Below are positions 63,209 to 64,000 of a DNA stretch of 64,000 nt, piece after piece. A program made the position numbers and the translations under genes. The notes beneath the pieces are model-generated. The model made no database searches, had not been told where the DNA came from, and saw nothing but the letters and a program-made list of their open reading frames with translations. The DNA comes from Octopus vulgaris. Taxonomy: Eukaryota. The stretch's first letter is position 1, and each line of letters begins with the position of its first letter. The DNA lies in contig OX597838.1 of assembly GCA_951406725.2 (NCBI GenBank), positions 10,044,001 through 10,108,000 on the forward strand. The letters run 5' to 3'.

Positions 63209-63667
63209 TTAAAACCATACCCATTAGACTTAATTGTTAATGCTAAGTGAGTTATGGTTGTAGAAGTGAAATGGCACAAATGGAATAATGGGTGCTTGGA
63301 ATTCAGATTCTCTCAGTGGTTCTGTTCTTCTTTTTGTCTCTAGTTTGTAGTTTATAATATCTGAGAAAAGACTTCTCTCTACCCTGTCAACATCAAGTAC
63401 TGTATCCACTTCATTCTGAATATCCCAGTCTGTTTGGTTGTAAGTAGATACCAGAGTGTGAAATTCCTTCAACTCTGCAGCTTGTGTGAGTGACATAAAT
63501 AATAGTTTTGTTAGTTTTAGGTTCTGGGTATAGGTTCTCTTGTAGCCCTGATACATGAATAGATTGTGCTCCACAATGGAATCATATTTCAGTATGGACA
63601 TCATGGAATATGATACCATTTGTGGGTGTGTGTGTGTGTACACACCTGTGCTTATCCCTCTATTATA

Positions 63668-64000
63668 TTAGGTTGTCAAGAAAGTTCTTGCGGCTTTTAA
63701 CCTTCAAATTCAGATGCGCATATCTCAGCTCAAACAAAACTTTATTAATCGAAATAAACACCATCAGAATCAACACTTGCCAACGCAAAACGAGTTTATT
63801 TATGCCAGTAGCATACAAATCTGGTGACGAAGTCGTTGAAGTTGTGTTTGGCATCGTCTTGGTTTTTTAAGCATTTCTCACTCAGGAAGTTGTTGAGATG
63901 CTTGAAAAAGTGGTAGTTGGTAGGCGAGAGGTCTGGTGAGTATGGCAGGTGAGGCAGAGTTTCGTAGCCCAATTTGTTCAACTTCTGCAAGGTCAGTTGT
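63668..64000 (-). mobile_element. mariner transposase 3' part and TIR (runs off the window)
   Basis: LPHLPYSPDLSPTNYHFFKHL (mariner YSPDL motif) and YATGINKLVLRWQ; TA followed by the TIR-like TTAGGTTGTCAAGAAAGTTCTTGCGG. Confidence 0.9.

Noticed and set aside
63230-63643. 137-aa minus-strand ORF as a host exon
   Set aside because: No recognisable domain, it starts in a (CA)n tract and lies between a MITE and a mariner; more likely decayed TE sequence.

Overview
AT-rich, repeat-dense animal genomic DNA. The SINE/MITE repertoire points to an octopus (coleoid cephalopod); this is pattern recognition, not a database match. The only convincing host coding sequence is one giant + strand exon: ATG at 48021, GTAAGT donor at 59630, about 3,870 uninterrupted codons. 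It encodes a Lys-rich AT-hook N-terminus, an 11-aa and a 13-aa tandem-repeat array, a His13 tract and about 18-19 dispersed non-Kruppel C2H2/C2HC zinc fingers. The last finger is cut by the splice donor, so the gene continues beyond the listed ORF. The rest of the window is intronic or intergenic and holds tRNA-derived SINEs, two TTAA-flanked MITE families, hAT MITEs, microsatellites, and decayed Gypsy, RTE, Tigger, Helitron and mariner remnants. The most notable unexplained structures are: the 42-unit SUMO-site/SIM-like repeat; two divergent SINE arrays forming a ~5.7-kb quasi-palindrome; a Helitron remnant carrying a copy of neighbouring DNA; a CpG-rich fragment sharing a covarying 3' hairpin with a SINE; and a TIR element full of telomere-like repeats. 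All functional interpretations are hypotheses; no searches or computations were run.
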